In this document: one piece after another, positions 24,937-35,325 of the stretch
Position numbering within the stretch: position 1 is the stretch's first letter
Layout of the letters: each line of letters begins with the position of its first letter
Program-made: the position numbers and the translations under genes
The notes under the pieces: model-generated
Seen by the model: the letters and a program-made list of their open reading frames with translations, nothing else
Databases searched by the model: none
What the model was told of the DNA's origin: nothing
NCBI GenBank assembly: GCA_965242965.1
Contig: OZ251518.1
Span: 3,776,001-3,840,000 of the forward strand
Source: Candidatus Poribacteria bacterium
GTDB lineage: Bacteria > Poribacteria > WGA-4E > WGA-3G
DNA length: 64,000 nt
Direction of reading: 5' to 3'

Positions 24937-25494
24937 ATGCTTAAAGAATTATTCACGAACAACCTTACTCGGTGGGATAAACTGCTGTTTCACCGCATCT
25001 TCAGTTGGAGCGACAAGAAGTTCCTGAACCGTTCCCTGCGTCTCTTCTCATGGAGCGCGAACGGCTACCTCTATCCCCTTATCGTGCTCTACATCTTCTT
25101 GACAGGCGATGCCGACATGAGTGCCGCTTTTCTGGTATCAGCCGCCTTCGCGTTTTCCATTGACAGGTGTCTCTATATTCTCCTCAAACAGTCAATGAAA
25201 CGCGACCGGCCCTTTGAAGGGATAGTTGACGTGGAGTTCCGCGTTCAGCCGCCAGACCGGTTTAGTTTTCCCTCAGGGCATACGGCATCGGCGTTCCTCA
25301 TGGCGACGCTCCTAGTCTGCACACTTTCGCTGAATAAAGCGGAGCAAATCCCGATATTTCTGTGGGCAAGCACGGTAGGGGTTGCGCGAGTTTATCTCGG
25401 CGTGCATTATCCTACGGACGTTTTAGCGGGTGCGATTCTCGGTATCACAACGGCGCAGTTGGGGATGTTGGCGCAGGCATTTTTTGTCTCGTGA
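24937..25494 (+). CDS. PAP2 family phosphatase
   Basis: KxxxxRxRP, SFPSGH and RVYLGVHYPTDV motifs. Confidence 0.92.
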   Translation: MLKELFTNNLTRWDKLLFHRIFSWSDKKFLNRSLRLFSWSANGYLYPLIVLYIFLTGDADMSAAFLVSAAFAFSIDRCLYILLKQSMKRDRPFEGIVDVEFRVQPPDRFSFPSGHTASAFLMATLLVCTLSLNKAEQIPIFLWASTVGVARVYLGVHYPTDVLAGAILGITTAQLGMLAQAFFVS

Positions 25495-25529
25495 TTCTGT
25501 GGTTTTGCGTATCTGCACATCATGGATGC

Positions 25530-25920
25530 GTGGCGAGGGAAACCCGCTCGCATGCGCGTGTGGCATGCGAGGGCCCTCGCCCTACGGTATTCGGGGTTTC
25601 AATGTCCTTGCGGTTGGTTTTGCGTATCTGCAAAGCGAACTGCTTCGCGAAGCACGCGCTATCCGGTCTTGATGCCTTCCTTGTAGGAGAGACCTCCCGG
25701 TCTCGATGCAATATTAAAAAAAACAAATCCTCCCCGCATCAAAGTGCCGTTGATTTTAATCTTGACATTTTTCCGACGGTGTGTTAAACTCTTCTTAACA
25801 GGGATAGGAATTGAGACTAGGCGGACGCGCCTACGGGCAGAAATCGATCCCCGAGGTCTTTCCTACCGGGGTATGAGTCAAGATCGGCGTGGCGAGGGAC
25901 AGGCCCTCGCCCTACGGTTA
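25530..25920. repeat. GTAG-REP cluster
   Basis: Modules include ggcgagggg...ctcgcatgc...gcatgcgagggccctcgccctac, gtaggagagacctcccggtctcgat and ggcgagggacaggccctcgccctac. Confidence 0.8.
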
Positions 25921-25972
25921 AAGGGCCCTCCCAGTCTTGATGCAGTCTTGAAAGCGATAGGAAACAAACGTC

Positions 25973-26440
25973 ATGCAAAATGTGTGGATACAACGAACCA
26001 TCGGAATACTCGTCATACTCGCCGCATGCGGCGTGATCGCCTGGGCGCAAAAGCATAGCAGCACCGAAAAAGGCACCACGCTGGCAGACCTCGGCGTAAC
26101 CGAAGAACAGAAAACCCAAATCAAAGCGATGTGGGAACTCAAACGCCAAAAGCAGATTCAGGCCACCAAAGCCCTGCACACCCTAAACCAACTCGCAAAA
26201 GATGCGCGCGTTGAAGATGCCACGATTCAGAAGACTTTGACGGAGATACGCGCGAAACGGAAAGAGGTCCAGCAACAGATAGAACAAGCCGAAGAAGCGT
26301 TGACGCAAACGCTACCGCCACGCGCACAACTCCACCTGACACTCTTAGGCGTGTTAGATAACGGATTGCCGCGCAGAATTGTGAGACAGCAACCCGACAA
26401 TAAAAAGGAAGCCGAAACCAACCAATCGCCCGCAAAATAG
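25973..26440 (+). CDS. Exported helical protein, Spy/CpxP-like
   Basis: Signal peptide; LGVTEEQKTQI and LPPRAQ LTxxQ-like motifs. Confidence 0.6.
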   Translation: MQNVWIQRTIGILVILAACGVIAWAQKHSSTEKGTTLADLGVTEEQKTQIKAMWELKRQKQIQATKALHTLNQLAKDARVEDATIQKTLTEIRAKRKEVQQQIEQAEEALTQTLPPRAQLHLTLLGVLDNGLPRRIVRQQPDNKKEAETNQSPAK

Positions 26441-26444
26441 GGGG

Positions 26445-27287
26445 ATGGGAACCATGGAACATCATCCACCAGAACCGATTTTTGATTTCGCGAACCTACC
26501 CGATAGCGAACTAGAGCTCGCCACCGGTGCCCTGCTCATTGCAAAAAGCGATTATCCTGAATTGGATGTCGCCGATTATCAGCAGCGGTTAGATGCCATG
26601 GCCGACGCTATCCGTCAAAACCTGCAAGGGACAGCGTTACCTGAGCATCACATTGCCGAAATGAACCGTTATCTTTTCGAGGAGCAGAAGTTTCAGGGGA
26701 ATAATAAGGACTACTACGCGCTGAGCAATAACTTCCTCAACGTCGTCCTTGATAGAAAAATGGGGTTGCCCATTACCCTGTCTGTCCTCTACATTGAAGT
26801 TGGCAAGCGCGCAGGACTGCCCCTCGCCGGCGTTAACTTTCCGGGCCATTTCCTTGTCAAATACAAAAGTGAACATCTCGACGTGTTCATTGATGCCTTT
26901 GACAACGGGAAATTCATGTCCGAAAACGCACTAGAGGCGAAACTTCAGGAGACTTTCGGACAACCCATAAAACTCCAACCGAGCATGCTAGCCGAGGCGA
27001 CGCATCGGGAGATTTTGGCGCGCATCTTGCGGAATCTCATGCACGCCTATACGCGCCTTGAGCGGCACGATGCAGCACTGCATGCCGCGCAGCGCATCAC
27101 GTGGTTCTTGCCGAATTCCGCCGGTGCTCTTCGTCAATTCGGCTACATGCTCTACAGAAACAACGCCTACAGCGACGCAATCTCTGTTTTTGAGAGATGC
27201 CTTGAAATTGAGGACAATCCCGTGGAAGTCGCCGCCATTGAGCGGAATATTCGGGTGCTTCGTCAGCTCCTCGCGCGTCTGAATTGA
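26445..27287 (+). CDS. SirB1/transglutaminase-like protein with TPR
   Basis: FQGNNKDYY, LNVVLDRKMGLPITLSVLY, GVNFPGHFL and EILARILRNL motifs. Confidence 0.88.
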   Translation: MGTMEHHPPEPIFDFANLPDSELELATGALLIAKSDYPELDVADYQQRLDAMADAIRQNLQGTALPEHHIAEMNRYLFEEQKFQGNNKDYYALSNNFLNVVLDRKMGLPITLSVLYIEVGKRAGLPLAGVNFPGHFLVKYKSEHLDVFIDAFDNGKFMSENALEAKLQETFGQPIKLQPSMLAEATHREILARILRNLMHAYTRLERHDAALHAAQRITWFLPNSAGALRQFGYMLYRNNAYSDAISVFERCLEIEDNPVEVAAIERNIRVLRQLLARLN

Positions 27288-27575
27288 TGTGCTGCGGTTT
27301 TGAGTCTGGCAGCATCGGGACCGGGAGGGCTCTCCGACGGTATTGCATCGAGACCGGGAGGGCTCGCCTACCGCGCGTCTGAATTAATGTGCGGCAGTTT
27401 CCCCTTGCATTTTCGCACCGGAGCTGCTAAAATACCCTTTACACAGAATTAACGATGGATTTGCCTCCATCATGCAACAAACATATAAATTTGATAAGAA
27501 ACGTAGTCATCGTCATCACCGTTGGCGATGATGGAATTAGGAAAGAGGCGTAATAGCATCCGAAATACGAAAAAA

Positions 27576-28805
27576 ATGAACACAGATTTTTTAACGTGCC
27601 GCGCTTTCGTCATTCTCCTGTTAATTCTGGCGCAGCTCGGGATAGGACAGGCTCTCGCCCTACAAGCTGAGCGGGCATCGGGACAGGAGGAAGGCACTGT
27701 TGTAACAAAAGAAGGCGTGCCGATTGTGTCGGCGATGAAGATAGCGCAACGTGACGATTTCACGACGTATCAGTTGCAAGCCGGTGACCAGGTGGTAGTC
27801 ACGGTGGAAGGGTATCCCGAATATAGCAAGGAGCGCGTGCCTGTCCCTATCCAACCCGACGGCTACCTCTCCTATCCGCTGATAGGCGTTATCAAGGCGA
27901 CAGGACTGACGATTTCGGAACTTGAGGCGCGGATGCAGTCCGCATTCGCTGAACGGCTGCAGAGCGCGAGCGTTTTCGTCACGCTAATGCAACCGAAACG
28001 CACCATTCTCGTGCTAGGTGCCGTGGAACCGAGGGGACGAGGGAATCCGCATGTCTTTGAAACCGGACAGGTTTATCTGATGCACGCGCTCGCGGCCGCA
28101 GGCATTAACTATGAACTGGCAGACCTGACTGCGGTTACCATCTGGCGTGATGGAAAACTTTACCAGAAAGTCGATTTTATCGCGCTCGTTGAAGCAGGCG
28201 GACCCGATATCCCGTTGAGAGACTACGATACGATTCTCATCCCATCTGCCTTTGAGCAGCGTCCCATCCGAGTCATCGGCGCAGTGATGGCACCCGGTGT
28301 GTATCCTATCTCAACGCAACAAATCCCCGCGATTCAGGCGTTGAAACTTGCCGGCGGCTCCAGAGCCGATTTCACAGACCTGGGTAAAGCGGAAATCATC
28401 ACCAACGAAGGACGCATTTCCGTTGACTTGACATCGGACAATGTCGATGCGATGCTGGCACCGGGCGACACACTGTATATCCCCCTCGCCGAGGCGAAGA
28501 TTAGCGTCATCGGCGCAGTGGATAAACCGGGCGAATACGTTATCACGGAACCCGTGCTGTTAGCGAAGGCTGTCGCAATGGCGGGTGGACTGAACGAAGA
28601 CAGAGCGAACCCGAAAAAGTGCATCCTGACGCGCGCCAGCGGCACCACCGAAGAACTCAACTTTGACGAGATGCACTCCACGGTGTATCTCCATCCAAAT
28701 GACCAGGTTCGTGTTCGGGAGCGCATGCGGATTGATTGGCGTGTGCTGACGTTCGCTGCATCGCTAACCAGCTTGCTCGTGAATGTGCTTGGGCTGCGGA
28801 ATTGA
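27576..28805 (+). CDS. wza: Polysaccharide export protein (Poly_export and SLBB domains)
   Basis: YQLQAGD...IQPDGYLSYPLIG and repeated VIGAVxxPG SLBB motifs; adjacent to wzc. Start moved to MNTDF. Confidence 0.8.
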   Translation: MNTDFLTCRAFVILLLILAQLGIGQALALQAERASGQEEGTVVTKEGVPIVSAMKIAQRDDFTTYQLQAGDQVVVTVEGYPEYSKERVPVPIQPDGYLSYPLIGVIKATGLTISELEARMQSAFAERLQSASVFVTLMQPKRTILVLGAVEPRGRGNPHVFETGQVYLMHALAAAGINYELADLTAVTIWRDGKLYQKVDFIALVEAGGPDIPLRDYDTILIPSAFEQRPIRVIGAVMAPGVYPISTQQIPAIQALKLAGGSRADFTDLGKAEIITNEGRISVDLTSDNVDAMLAPGDTLYIPLAEAKISVIGAVDKPGEYVITEPVLLAKAVAMAGGLNEDRANPKKCILTRASGTTEELNFDEMHSTVYLHPNDQVRVRERMRIDWRVLTFAASLTSLLVNVLGLRN

Positions 28806-28893
28806 TTCTTTGTAGTGTATAACGTCAAGACGGCCTGGGAAATGGAGCTCTTTGCCAAGACAACGTCAAACAACCGCTAGGAACTAAAAAAAT

Positions 28894-31245
28894 ATGCGAG
28901 AAACAGTTGACACAAGTGTCAGCCCTACAACCGCCCGGCAACTTGAGGAAATTCGCGAGATTCGATTGTCGGACTATTTTTGGATGCTTTTTCGGAGCAA
29001 GTGGAGCGTGCTGTCCATTTTCTTACTCACCGTTTTAGGCGCGTTCCTCGTCACCGATTTCACCACGCCGGTGTATCAGTCAGAGACTACTGTTCGCGTC
29101 GTTGATGGGCAACAAACGCCTTCGCTGTTCTCCCAATTGCCGTTATCGGGACTCTTTGGCGGCACATCGCTGGGTGCGTATGCGGCGCAGTTGCAGTCCC
29201 GCGATTTGGTTATCGCGCCGGCAGTGCGGCAATTGAGAGAAGAAGGACTTCTCGAACCGCTGCCCGTTCATCGCGGCAGAATACTGACGTGGTTGGCAGA
29301 GCGGGTTAATATTGATGTGGTGCAAGGTGCCACGGAGCAGGGAGAACTCACTGTGGCGGAGTGGGAAGACTTCTTCATCAAAACCCTCATTGACGAGCAG
29401 TTGAAGATAGATGAGTCATCGGATGGGAACGTGATTACCGTTACCGTGAAGCAGCGGCTGCCGGAACGCGCGCAGCAGTTGTGCAATAAAATCGTTGCTG
29501 TCTTTCAGCAGGTGGTGGCGGCAGAGACAGAAGAGCAGATGCGGTGGTGGGAGAAGCCGATGCCGCAGTCAATGCTGGCGGCAACGCAACAGAACCTGAA
29601 AACGGCGGAAGAGGAACTGTTTAATTTTCAGCGCGACTATCCAGAGATTACCTTGAACGCGGAGGGTGCCACACAAGCGCAGCTCATTCTGGCACTTCAG
29701 TTGAAGGAAAATGAGTTGATAGGGCTTTTGTCAGGCGCGGCGTTGCAACGCGAAGAATACGCCGCGGAATTGGCGAAGATTGAGGAGAATCTCGTGTCGG
29801 AGACGGTGGCGACGAATCCTTCCTACTCCAAATTGCGCGATAATCTACACGAGTATGAAATTGAACGCCAGGGCATGACAGGCAAATACGATGAGACGCA
29901 TCCGGACGTTGTCGCGTTAGATAAGAAAATCGCGGAGACGAAGGCACGCCTCGCCGAGGAGGAGCAGCAGATAAGAAGCACGACAACGGCTTACAACCCG
30001 CTGCACCAAGCACTCACCGAGAAGGTGAACGAGGCAGAGGCAACTATTAAGAGTCTCACGGAGCAGAAAAATCAGGTTTCAGCACAGATTGCGTCGCATA
30101 TTGCGCGGCTCAGCACCTGGTCTTCGCAACAAATCAAGTTGTTTCGGTTGAAGCGTGACGTTGAAATTTACAACGCGCAGACTATCGCTTTGGAGGCGAA
30201 GATGCGGGAGTCGGAGATTGTCGCCGAGGCGCGCACCGAGAACCTCAAGGTGTTAGATATGGCGCGCGTCCCTGAGGAACCTGTCGCGCCGCGTCTGAAG
30301 TTGAACCTCGTTTTAGGCGCGATGCTTGGTGGGCTGCTCGGCTTCACATTCGCTGTGGCGAAGAATTACTTCCAAGATACCTATCTGCGATTAGAGGAGG
30401 CGGTGCGGCAATTGGAATCGCTGCCGAATCCGCCGAGTTTCCTCGGTGTTATCCCCTCCGTAGGCAGAATAGCCCGCAGGAAGCCGCCGCAACTCATCGT
30501 TCACGACGCGCCGCACTCGCGGGCGGCAGAAGCGTTTCGGGTGCTACAAGCGAAACTGCCGTTCCTCACCCCCGGCAGTGCGCTGAAAACAGTGCTCGTC
30601 ACCAGCGCGACGCGCGGCGAAGGGAAAAGCACCGTCTCGTCCAATCTCGCCATGTCACTGGCACAAAAAGGGAACCGGGTGTTGCTTATTGATGCCGATA
30701 TGCGCCGTCCTTCGCAGCACAAAACGTTCGCTACCGAAGCAGCAGATGCCGAAGAAGCAACGTCAACCTCGCTTGCTATTCGGAAACCGGGGTTAAGCGA
30801 GGCACTCATCAGCATGAACGCGGACAACGGTTACGATGTGTTCCAGGCCACAATCAAGCCGACAGGCGTTCCGAATCTGCATCTTGTATCCGGTGGCACC
30901 GTGCCGCCAAATCCGATTGAGTTGTTAAACTCCGAGATGATGTCGCAGTGGTTAGAATTCGCACGCACCGAATACGATGTTGTTGTAATTGATTCTCCCC
31001 CGGTCCGCGCTGTCGCCGACGCCGTGATTTTGGCACCTATCGTCGATGCTGTTGTCTATGTGTTTGACATCACCAAAACGCGGCGGTTTGACATGCTGAC
31101 AGGCGTGCGGCACCTCACCGAAGTCTTACCGACGAAGAGCATCGGTGTGCTGTGCAACATGATTCATCCGAAGCATGCGAAGTCCTACGGCTATTACGGC
31201 CGCCATACCCGTTATTATGAGTTAGGCGATGGGAGCGTAGATTAA
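28894..31245 (+). CDS. wzc: Polysaccharide co-polymerase/tyrosine autokinase
   Basis: Wzz-like N-terminus and coiled coil; GEGKST, LIDADMRRP and IDSPP motifs; C-terminal Tyr cluster. Confidence 0.9.
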   Translation: MRETVDTSVSPTTARQLEEIREIRLSDYFWMLFRSKWSVLSIFLLTVLGAFLVTDFTTPVYQSETTVRVVDGQQTPSLFSQLPLSGLFGGTSLGAYAAQLQSRDLVIAPAVRQLREEGLLEPLPVHRGRILTWLAERVNIDVVQGATEQGELTVAEWEDFFIKTLIDEQLKIDESSDGNVITVTVKQRLPERAQQLCNKIVAVFQQVVAAETEEQMRWWEKPMPQSMLAATQQNLKTAEEELFNFQRDYPEITLNAEGATQAQLILALQLKENELIGLLSGAALQREEYAAELAKIEENLVSETVATNPSYSKLRDNLHEYEIERQGMTGKYDETHPDVVALDKKIAETKARLAEEEQQIRSTTTAYNPLHQALTEKVNEAEATIKSLTEQKNQVSAQIASHIARLSTWSSQQIKLFRLKRDVEIYNAQTIALEAKMRESEIVAEARTENLKVLDMARVPEEPVAPRLKLNLVLGAMLGGLLGFTFAVAKNYFQDTYLRLEEAVRQLESLPNPPSFLGVIPSVGRIARRKPPQLIVHDAPHSRAAEAFRVLQAKLPFLTPGSALKTVLVTSATRGEGKSTVSSNLAMSLAQKGNRVLLIDADMRRPSQHKTFATEAADAEEATSTSLAIRKPGLSEALISMNADNGYDVFQATIKPTGVPNLHLVSGGTVPPNPIELLNSEMMSQWLEFARTEYDVVVIDSPPVRAVADAVILAPIVDAVVYVFDITKTRRFDMLTGVRHLTEVLPTKSIGVLCNMIHPKHAKSYGYYGRHTRYYELGDGSVD

Positions 31246-31259
31246 ACTTCCATGTGTTA

Positions 31260-31450
31260 TTCGTAGGGGGCTGTCCCTCCGCCTTTCTCCATCGCGGGGG
31301 ACAGGCCCCCGCGCTACGGTAAAAAACGGCCCCCTTCACCGTAGGGCGAGGGCCTGTCCCTCGCCGTGCCTCGGTCTGAGAAACAGCTTTGGTTGGCGTG
31401 CGTTTTTCGCGCAGATCGAACGCTCGCGGGGGACAGGCCCCCGCCCTACG
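31260..31450. repeat. GTAG-REP cluster between convergent genes
   Basis: cgcgggggacaggcccccgcgctac and gtagggcgagggcctgtccctcgcc modules. Confidence 0.85.
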
Positions 31451-31469
31451 GTGCGGTTTTCTGCGTTTT

Positions 31470-32330
31470 TCACGCCCGCATCTTCCCCAAACTCGCAGGC
31501 GGACGCGATTTGCCCACTAACCCCGCAAGCACCACCATCGTTAAAATATAAGGAAAACTATTAAGCAACTGCACCGGAATGTTCCATTGATTGGCGAGTT
31601 CAAAAGCGGCGGCGAAACCGAATAGCAGACACGCCGCAACGCCACTCAACGGCCGCCAATTCCCAAACACGACTGCCGCTAACGCGACGTAGCCGCGCCC
31701 GGCTGTCATCCCCTTTGTAAAATAGTGGACTTCGGATGCGAGGAAACAACCGCCGAGCGCGGTGAGGATACCGCTCAACATAACCGCCGCGTATTGCCAC
31801 GCAGCGCGGCTTAGGCTAAGCGTGGCGAGTGCCTCCGTTGATTCGCCAGCGGCGCGCAAACGCAAACCCCACGGTGTTTTAAAGAGGAAAATGTGACTTA
31901 TTCCCATCAGCACCGGCACGACATAGACAAGAAACCCGTAAGAACCGATAATCGGCAGCTGCCATTGCGGAAGTCCCTCAACACGTCCGGATGTCGGCAA
32001 AATAAACTCGGTGATGCCCAACGCTAAAATGTTAATTGCCACGCCGCACACAATCTGCTCGGCGTGGAAAGTGACGGTAGCGATGGCGTGTAGCAGTGCC
32101 AACGCTATCCCGAAGCCGATGCCGACAAGCAGGCCTATCCACGTTGAGCCGGATGCTTGTGTGCCGATAACATAGCCGAACGCACCGATGAGCATCATGC
32201 CTTCAAGTGCGATGTTAATCACGCCGGAACGTTCGGAGTAGATACCGCCGAGGGCAGCGAATCCGAGGGGTGTCGTCATTCGCAGTGTAGTTGGAATTAG
32301 TTCTAATATCATCTTTTTGTTGTTCGCCAT
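31470..32330 (-). CDS. ABC transporter permease (nucleoside/sugar CUT2 family)
   Basis: SERSGVINIALEG, GLRLRAAGE and GRGYVALAA motifs. Confidence 0.9.
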   Translation of the reverse strand: MANNKKMILELIPTTLRMTTPLGFAALGGIYSERSGVINIALEGMMLIGAFGYVIGTQASGSTWIGLLVGIGFGIALALLHAIATVTFHAEQIVCGVAINILALGITEFILPTSGRVEGLPQWQLPIIGSYGFLVYVVPVLMGISHIFLFKTPWGLRLRAAGESTEALATLSLSRAAWQYAAVMLSGILTALGGCFLASEVHYFTKGMTAGRGYVALAAVVFGNWRPLSGVAACLLFGFAAAFELANQWNIPVQLLNSFPYILTMVVLAGLVGKSRPPASLGKMRA

Positions 32331-32452
32331 GCGTTGTTTGGCTGCTGCTGTGCAGCGCAGGTTGTCATCTCAGGCCGTCTTGACGTTGTCAAGACTTGCA
32401 TGCTTTTGAACCTTTTTCGTTGTTCGCCATGCGTTGTTTGGCTGCTGCGTGC

Positions 32453-33520
32453 CTATCTAGATTTCCGAGAAAATCCATCGATGCAGACGAGGCAGATAAT
32501 CAACAATCCCTGTCCGGCGAGAAACAGCCCGCGCGGCACATTCAGTAAAATCTCAATATCAAGTGCAACTTTGCTGAGTAACCCGAATAAGAGTGCCGCC
32601 GCCAAAACACCGAACGGATGATTTCTGCCTAATAGCGCGACGGCAATGCCGGTGAAACCCCAGCCGGGTGAGAAGCTGTCTAAATACCGATAGCGATATC
32701 CCATCACTTCTGTGACTCCTGCCATTCCGGCGAGCGCGCCGCTGAGAGCCATTGTCCACACGATGACGACGCGCGTGTTGATACCGCCATAAGCCGCAAC
32801 GTCTGGCGCGTTTCCTACCAGACGTAGTTCATATCCCCAGCGCGTGTGCGATAGGAAGATATAGCAGAGGATAACGCACCCGCAGGCAAACAAGAAACTG
32901 GCGTTGAGCGGGTTACTCTGTGTAACGAGTGTGAGCACGCCTGCCACTCGTGGAAGGCGCGCCGCTTCGTGAATCGGCGGCGTTTGCGGATTCATCTGAT
33001 TCGGTTCTTGGTAAACGGACGTGACGAGGTAGTTCATCAGCGCGAAGGCGATGAAGTTCATCATAATGGTGTTGATGACTTCGTGTGTGCCGTATTTCGC
33101 TTTCAAGAAACCTGGCACCGCGCCCCAAACCGCACCTGCGATTAACGCCGCGCCTATGCATAACGGAATTAACACGACAGAGGGTAGGTTCAGAAACATG
33201 CCTATCCACGTAGCGGCGAAGGCGGCGACATAGAGTTGTCCTTCACACCCGATGTTGAACAGCCCGCCTTTATAGCCGATAGCGACAGCGAGCCCGGTGA
33301 AAATCAGCGGTGTGGCGTTAAACAGCACGTAGCCGAAATCGTCGAAAGTCGCGAAGCCGCTGACGAAGATGACAGAATAGAACTCCAGGGGATGCTGTCC
33401 CCTTATCAGAAGCACAAGCCCACAGAGCAGGAAAAATCCGCAGAGCGCGATGAGCGAGGGGATAAAATTCCGCAGCAATTTTCGGAGAAAATGAGAAGCG
33501 TTTCGGATATTCTTCGTCAT
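32453..33520 (-). CDS. ABC transporter permease (nucleoside/sugar CUT2 family)
   Basis: ATPLIFTGLA, GLFNIGCEGQ, EVINTIMMN and GFTGIAVALLG motifs. Confidence 0.9.
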   Translation of the reverse strand: MTKNIRNASHFLRKLLRNFIPSLIALCGFFLLCGLVLLIRGQHPLEFYSVIFVSGFATFDDFGYVLFNATPLIFTGLAVAIGYKGGLFNIGCEGQLYVAAFAATWIGMFLNLPSVVLIPLCIGAALIAGAVWGAVPGFLKAKYGTHEVINTIMMNFIAFALMNYLVTSVYQEPNQMNPQTPPIHEAARLPRVAGVLTLVTQSNPLNASFLFACGCVILCYIFLSHTRWGYELRLVGNAPDVAAYGGINTRVVIVWTMALSGALAGMAGVTEVMGYRYRYLDSFSPGWGFTGIAVALLGRNHPFGVLAAALLFGLLSKVALDIEILLNVPRGLFLAGQGLLIICLVCIDGFSRKSR

Positions 33521-33603
33521 TAGTATGTATGTGTCCCAGAGTTATGGAAACTCTGTATCCGGCCATGTTTTCCTACAGCGGCAGAGACGTAATCTTGGAC
33601 ATC

Positions 33604-33804
33604 GGAGCAGGATTGAGCAGGATTTTCAAGATTTCGCAAGAGATGAGCAGGATTTTCACGATTTGAAGCAGGATTTTCACGATTATACAAGATTTCGCAA
33701 GATTATAGATTCTGATAAGTCGAATATCTCGTGGCGTGCCAAAACGGTGTGGTGTCTCAGATCCCTAATCCTGGTAAATCGTGATAATCCTGTAAATCCT
33801 GCTC
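33604..33804. repeat. Palindromic ~9-mer-array element, copy 2 (inverted relative to copy 1)
   Basis: Ends gagcaggatt...aatcctgctc; the core tcgaatatctcgtggcgtgccaaaacggtg is the near reverse complement of the copy 1 core. Confidence 0.8.
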
Positions 33805-33808
33805 GGAT

Positions 33809-33837
33809 TTGACAAAAAGTTTGAGAAATGTTATCAT
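33809..33837 (+). promoter_or_regulatory. Sigma70-type promoter
   Basis: TTGACA-17 bp-TATCAT with a TG extended -10. Confidence 0.6.
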
Positions 33838-33882
33838 AAAACATAAGCGTTATGAGACTAACACGAATCTATTATAGCACAA

Positions 33883-35286
33883 ATGTCGTATTTAAAACAA
33901 TCTTCAGCAGAAATACCGGCCGCCCTCGGTGGCACGCCTGTCTTTGAACGAACGGCAGACGCACCCTTTCCGAACTTAGAACGGTGGCATCAAATGACGG
34001 AGGCGGAAGCACAGGTTGTTTATGAGATGACACTGCGCAATGAATTATCGGGTGCCTCCCCTACCGTGCAGGCGTTTGAGGAGATGTGGCGCGAACGGCA
34101 TCGGACGCGCTTCGCTATCAGCGTTGTCAACGGCACAGCGGCGATTCATAGCGCGATGTTTGGACTTGGGGTTGGGCCCAGGGACGAGGTAATCTGTCCG
34201 ACTTACACGTGGATGGGCTCCATCACGCCGGCACTGATGCTGATGGCGAAACCGGTTTTTTGTGAAGTAGACCCGGGAACGTTACTCATTGATGTCGCCG
34301 ATGTTCGGCGGCGGATTACCGAACGCACAAAGGCGATTGTCGCCGTGCATCTGTGGGGTAATGTCTGCGATATGGACGCGCTGATGGCACTGAGCGAAGA
34401 GACAGGCGTGCCGGTTATTGAGGATTGTTCGCATGCGCACGGGGCGGCTTACAAAGGCAAACCGTGCGGCAGCATCGGGCACGCGGGCGCGTGGAGTTTA
34501 CAAGGCAACAAACCTGTCAGTGCAGGTGAAGGCGGCGTGTTGGCAACGAACGATAGCGCGCTCTTTGAACGCGCCTGTCTCCTCGGGCAAGTCAACCGCA
34601 CGGTGGAGATTGACGCAGAAGAGCGGCACTATGCGCATCTCCCGATGATGGGACTCGGTGTGAAGTTTCGCGCGCATCCGCTGGCTATCGGCATTGCCTC
34701 GGTGCAGATGCAGAAGTTAGATGCCCTCAATGCAGGCCGCCGCGCCTATATTGACGAACTTTCAGAAGGGTTGCGAGATATCCCGGGGCTGCATGCCGTT
34801 GAGAGATATGCGGGTACGGAGCCGGCGGGGTTCTTCGGATGTCCATTCCATTATCGTGCGGAAGAACTACACGGGCTGCCTGCCCCTGTCTTCGCCGACG
34901 CGCTCCGAAAAGAGGGCGTTTTGGCGAATAACAACCCATATCCGGCCCTGGTAGGCCAAGGCGTGCCGGTTTTTTCAGGCGGAATGTCAACACATAGCAA
35001 TCCGTACCCATTATTGCACACGCTACCCCTTTTCGCTCAGGGACTTGACATTTACACGGAGGGACGCGGCTCACTCTGCACACCTACGATGGGGGGAACG
35101 TATGAAGGGTATACCGCCGGTGCCTTGCCTATCACCGAGAAAGCGTGTTCGCGGTTGGTGTTTCTGCCGTTATTGACGGCCCCGGTGCCGCACGCGGCAG
35201 AAGGCATCCTCACCGCTATCCGAAAAATTGTCGCACACGCCGCACCGATTGCACATCACGCGCAAGAAACTGAAGTCATGAAATAA
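33883..35286 (+). CDS. DegT/DnrJ/EryC1/StrS family PLP-dependent aminotransferase
   Basis: NGTAAI, VIEDCSHAHGA and SLQGNKPVSAGEGG motifs. Confidence 0.92.
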   Translation: MSYLKQSSAEIPAALGGTPVFERTADAPFPNLERWHQMTEAEAQVVYEMTLRNELSGASPTVQAFEEMWRERHRTRFAISVVNGTAAIHSAMFGLGVGPRDEVICPTYTWMGSITPALMLMAKPVFCEVDPGTLLIDVADVRRRITERTKAIVAVHLWGNVCDMDALMALSEETGVPVIEDCSHAHGAAYKGKPCGSIGHAGAWSLQGNKPVSAGEGGVLATNDSALFERACLLGQVNRTVEIDAEERHYAHLPMMGLGVKFRAHPLAIGIASVQMQKLDALNAGRRAYIDELSEGLRDIPGLHAVERYAGTEPAGFFGCPFHYRAEELHGLPAPVFADALRKEGVLANNNPYPALVGQGVPVFSGGMSTHSNPYPLLHTLPLFAQGLDIYTEGRGSLCTPTMGGTYEGYTAGALPITEKACSRLVFLPLLTAPVPHAAEGILTAIRKIVAHAAPIAHHAQETEVMK

Positions 35287-35325
35287 TCAAAACCGCCCGT
35301 TATTCGTTTATTCGTTGAGCGAGGG

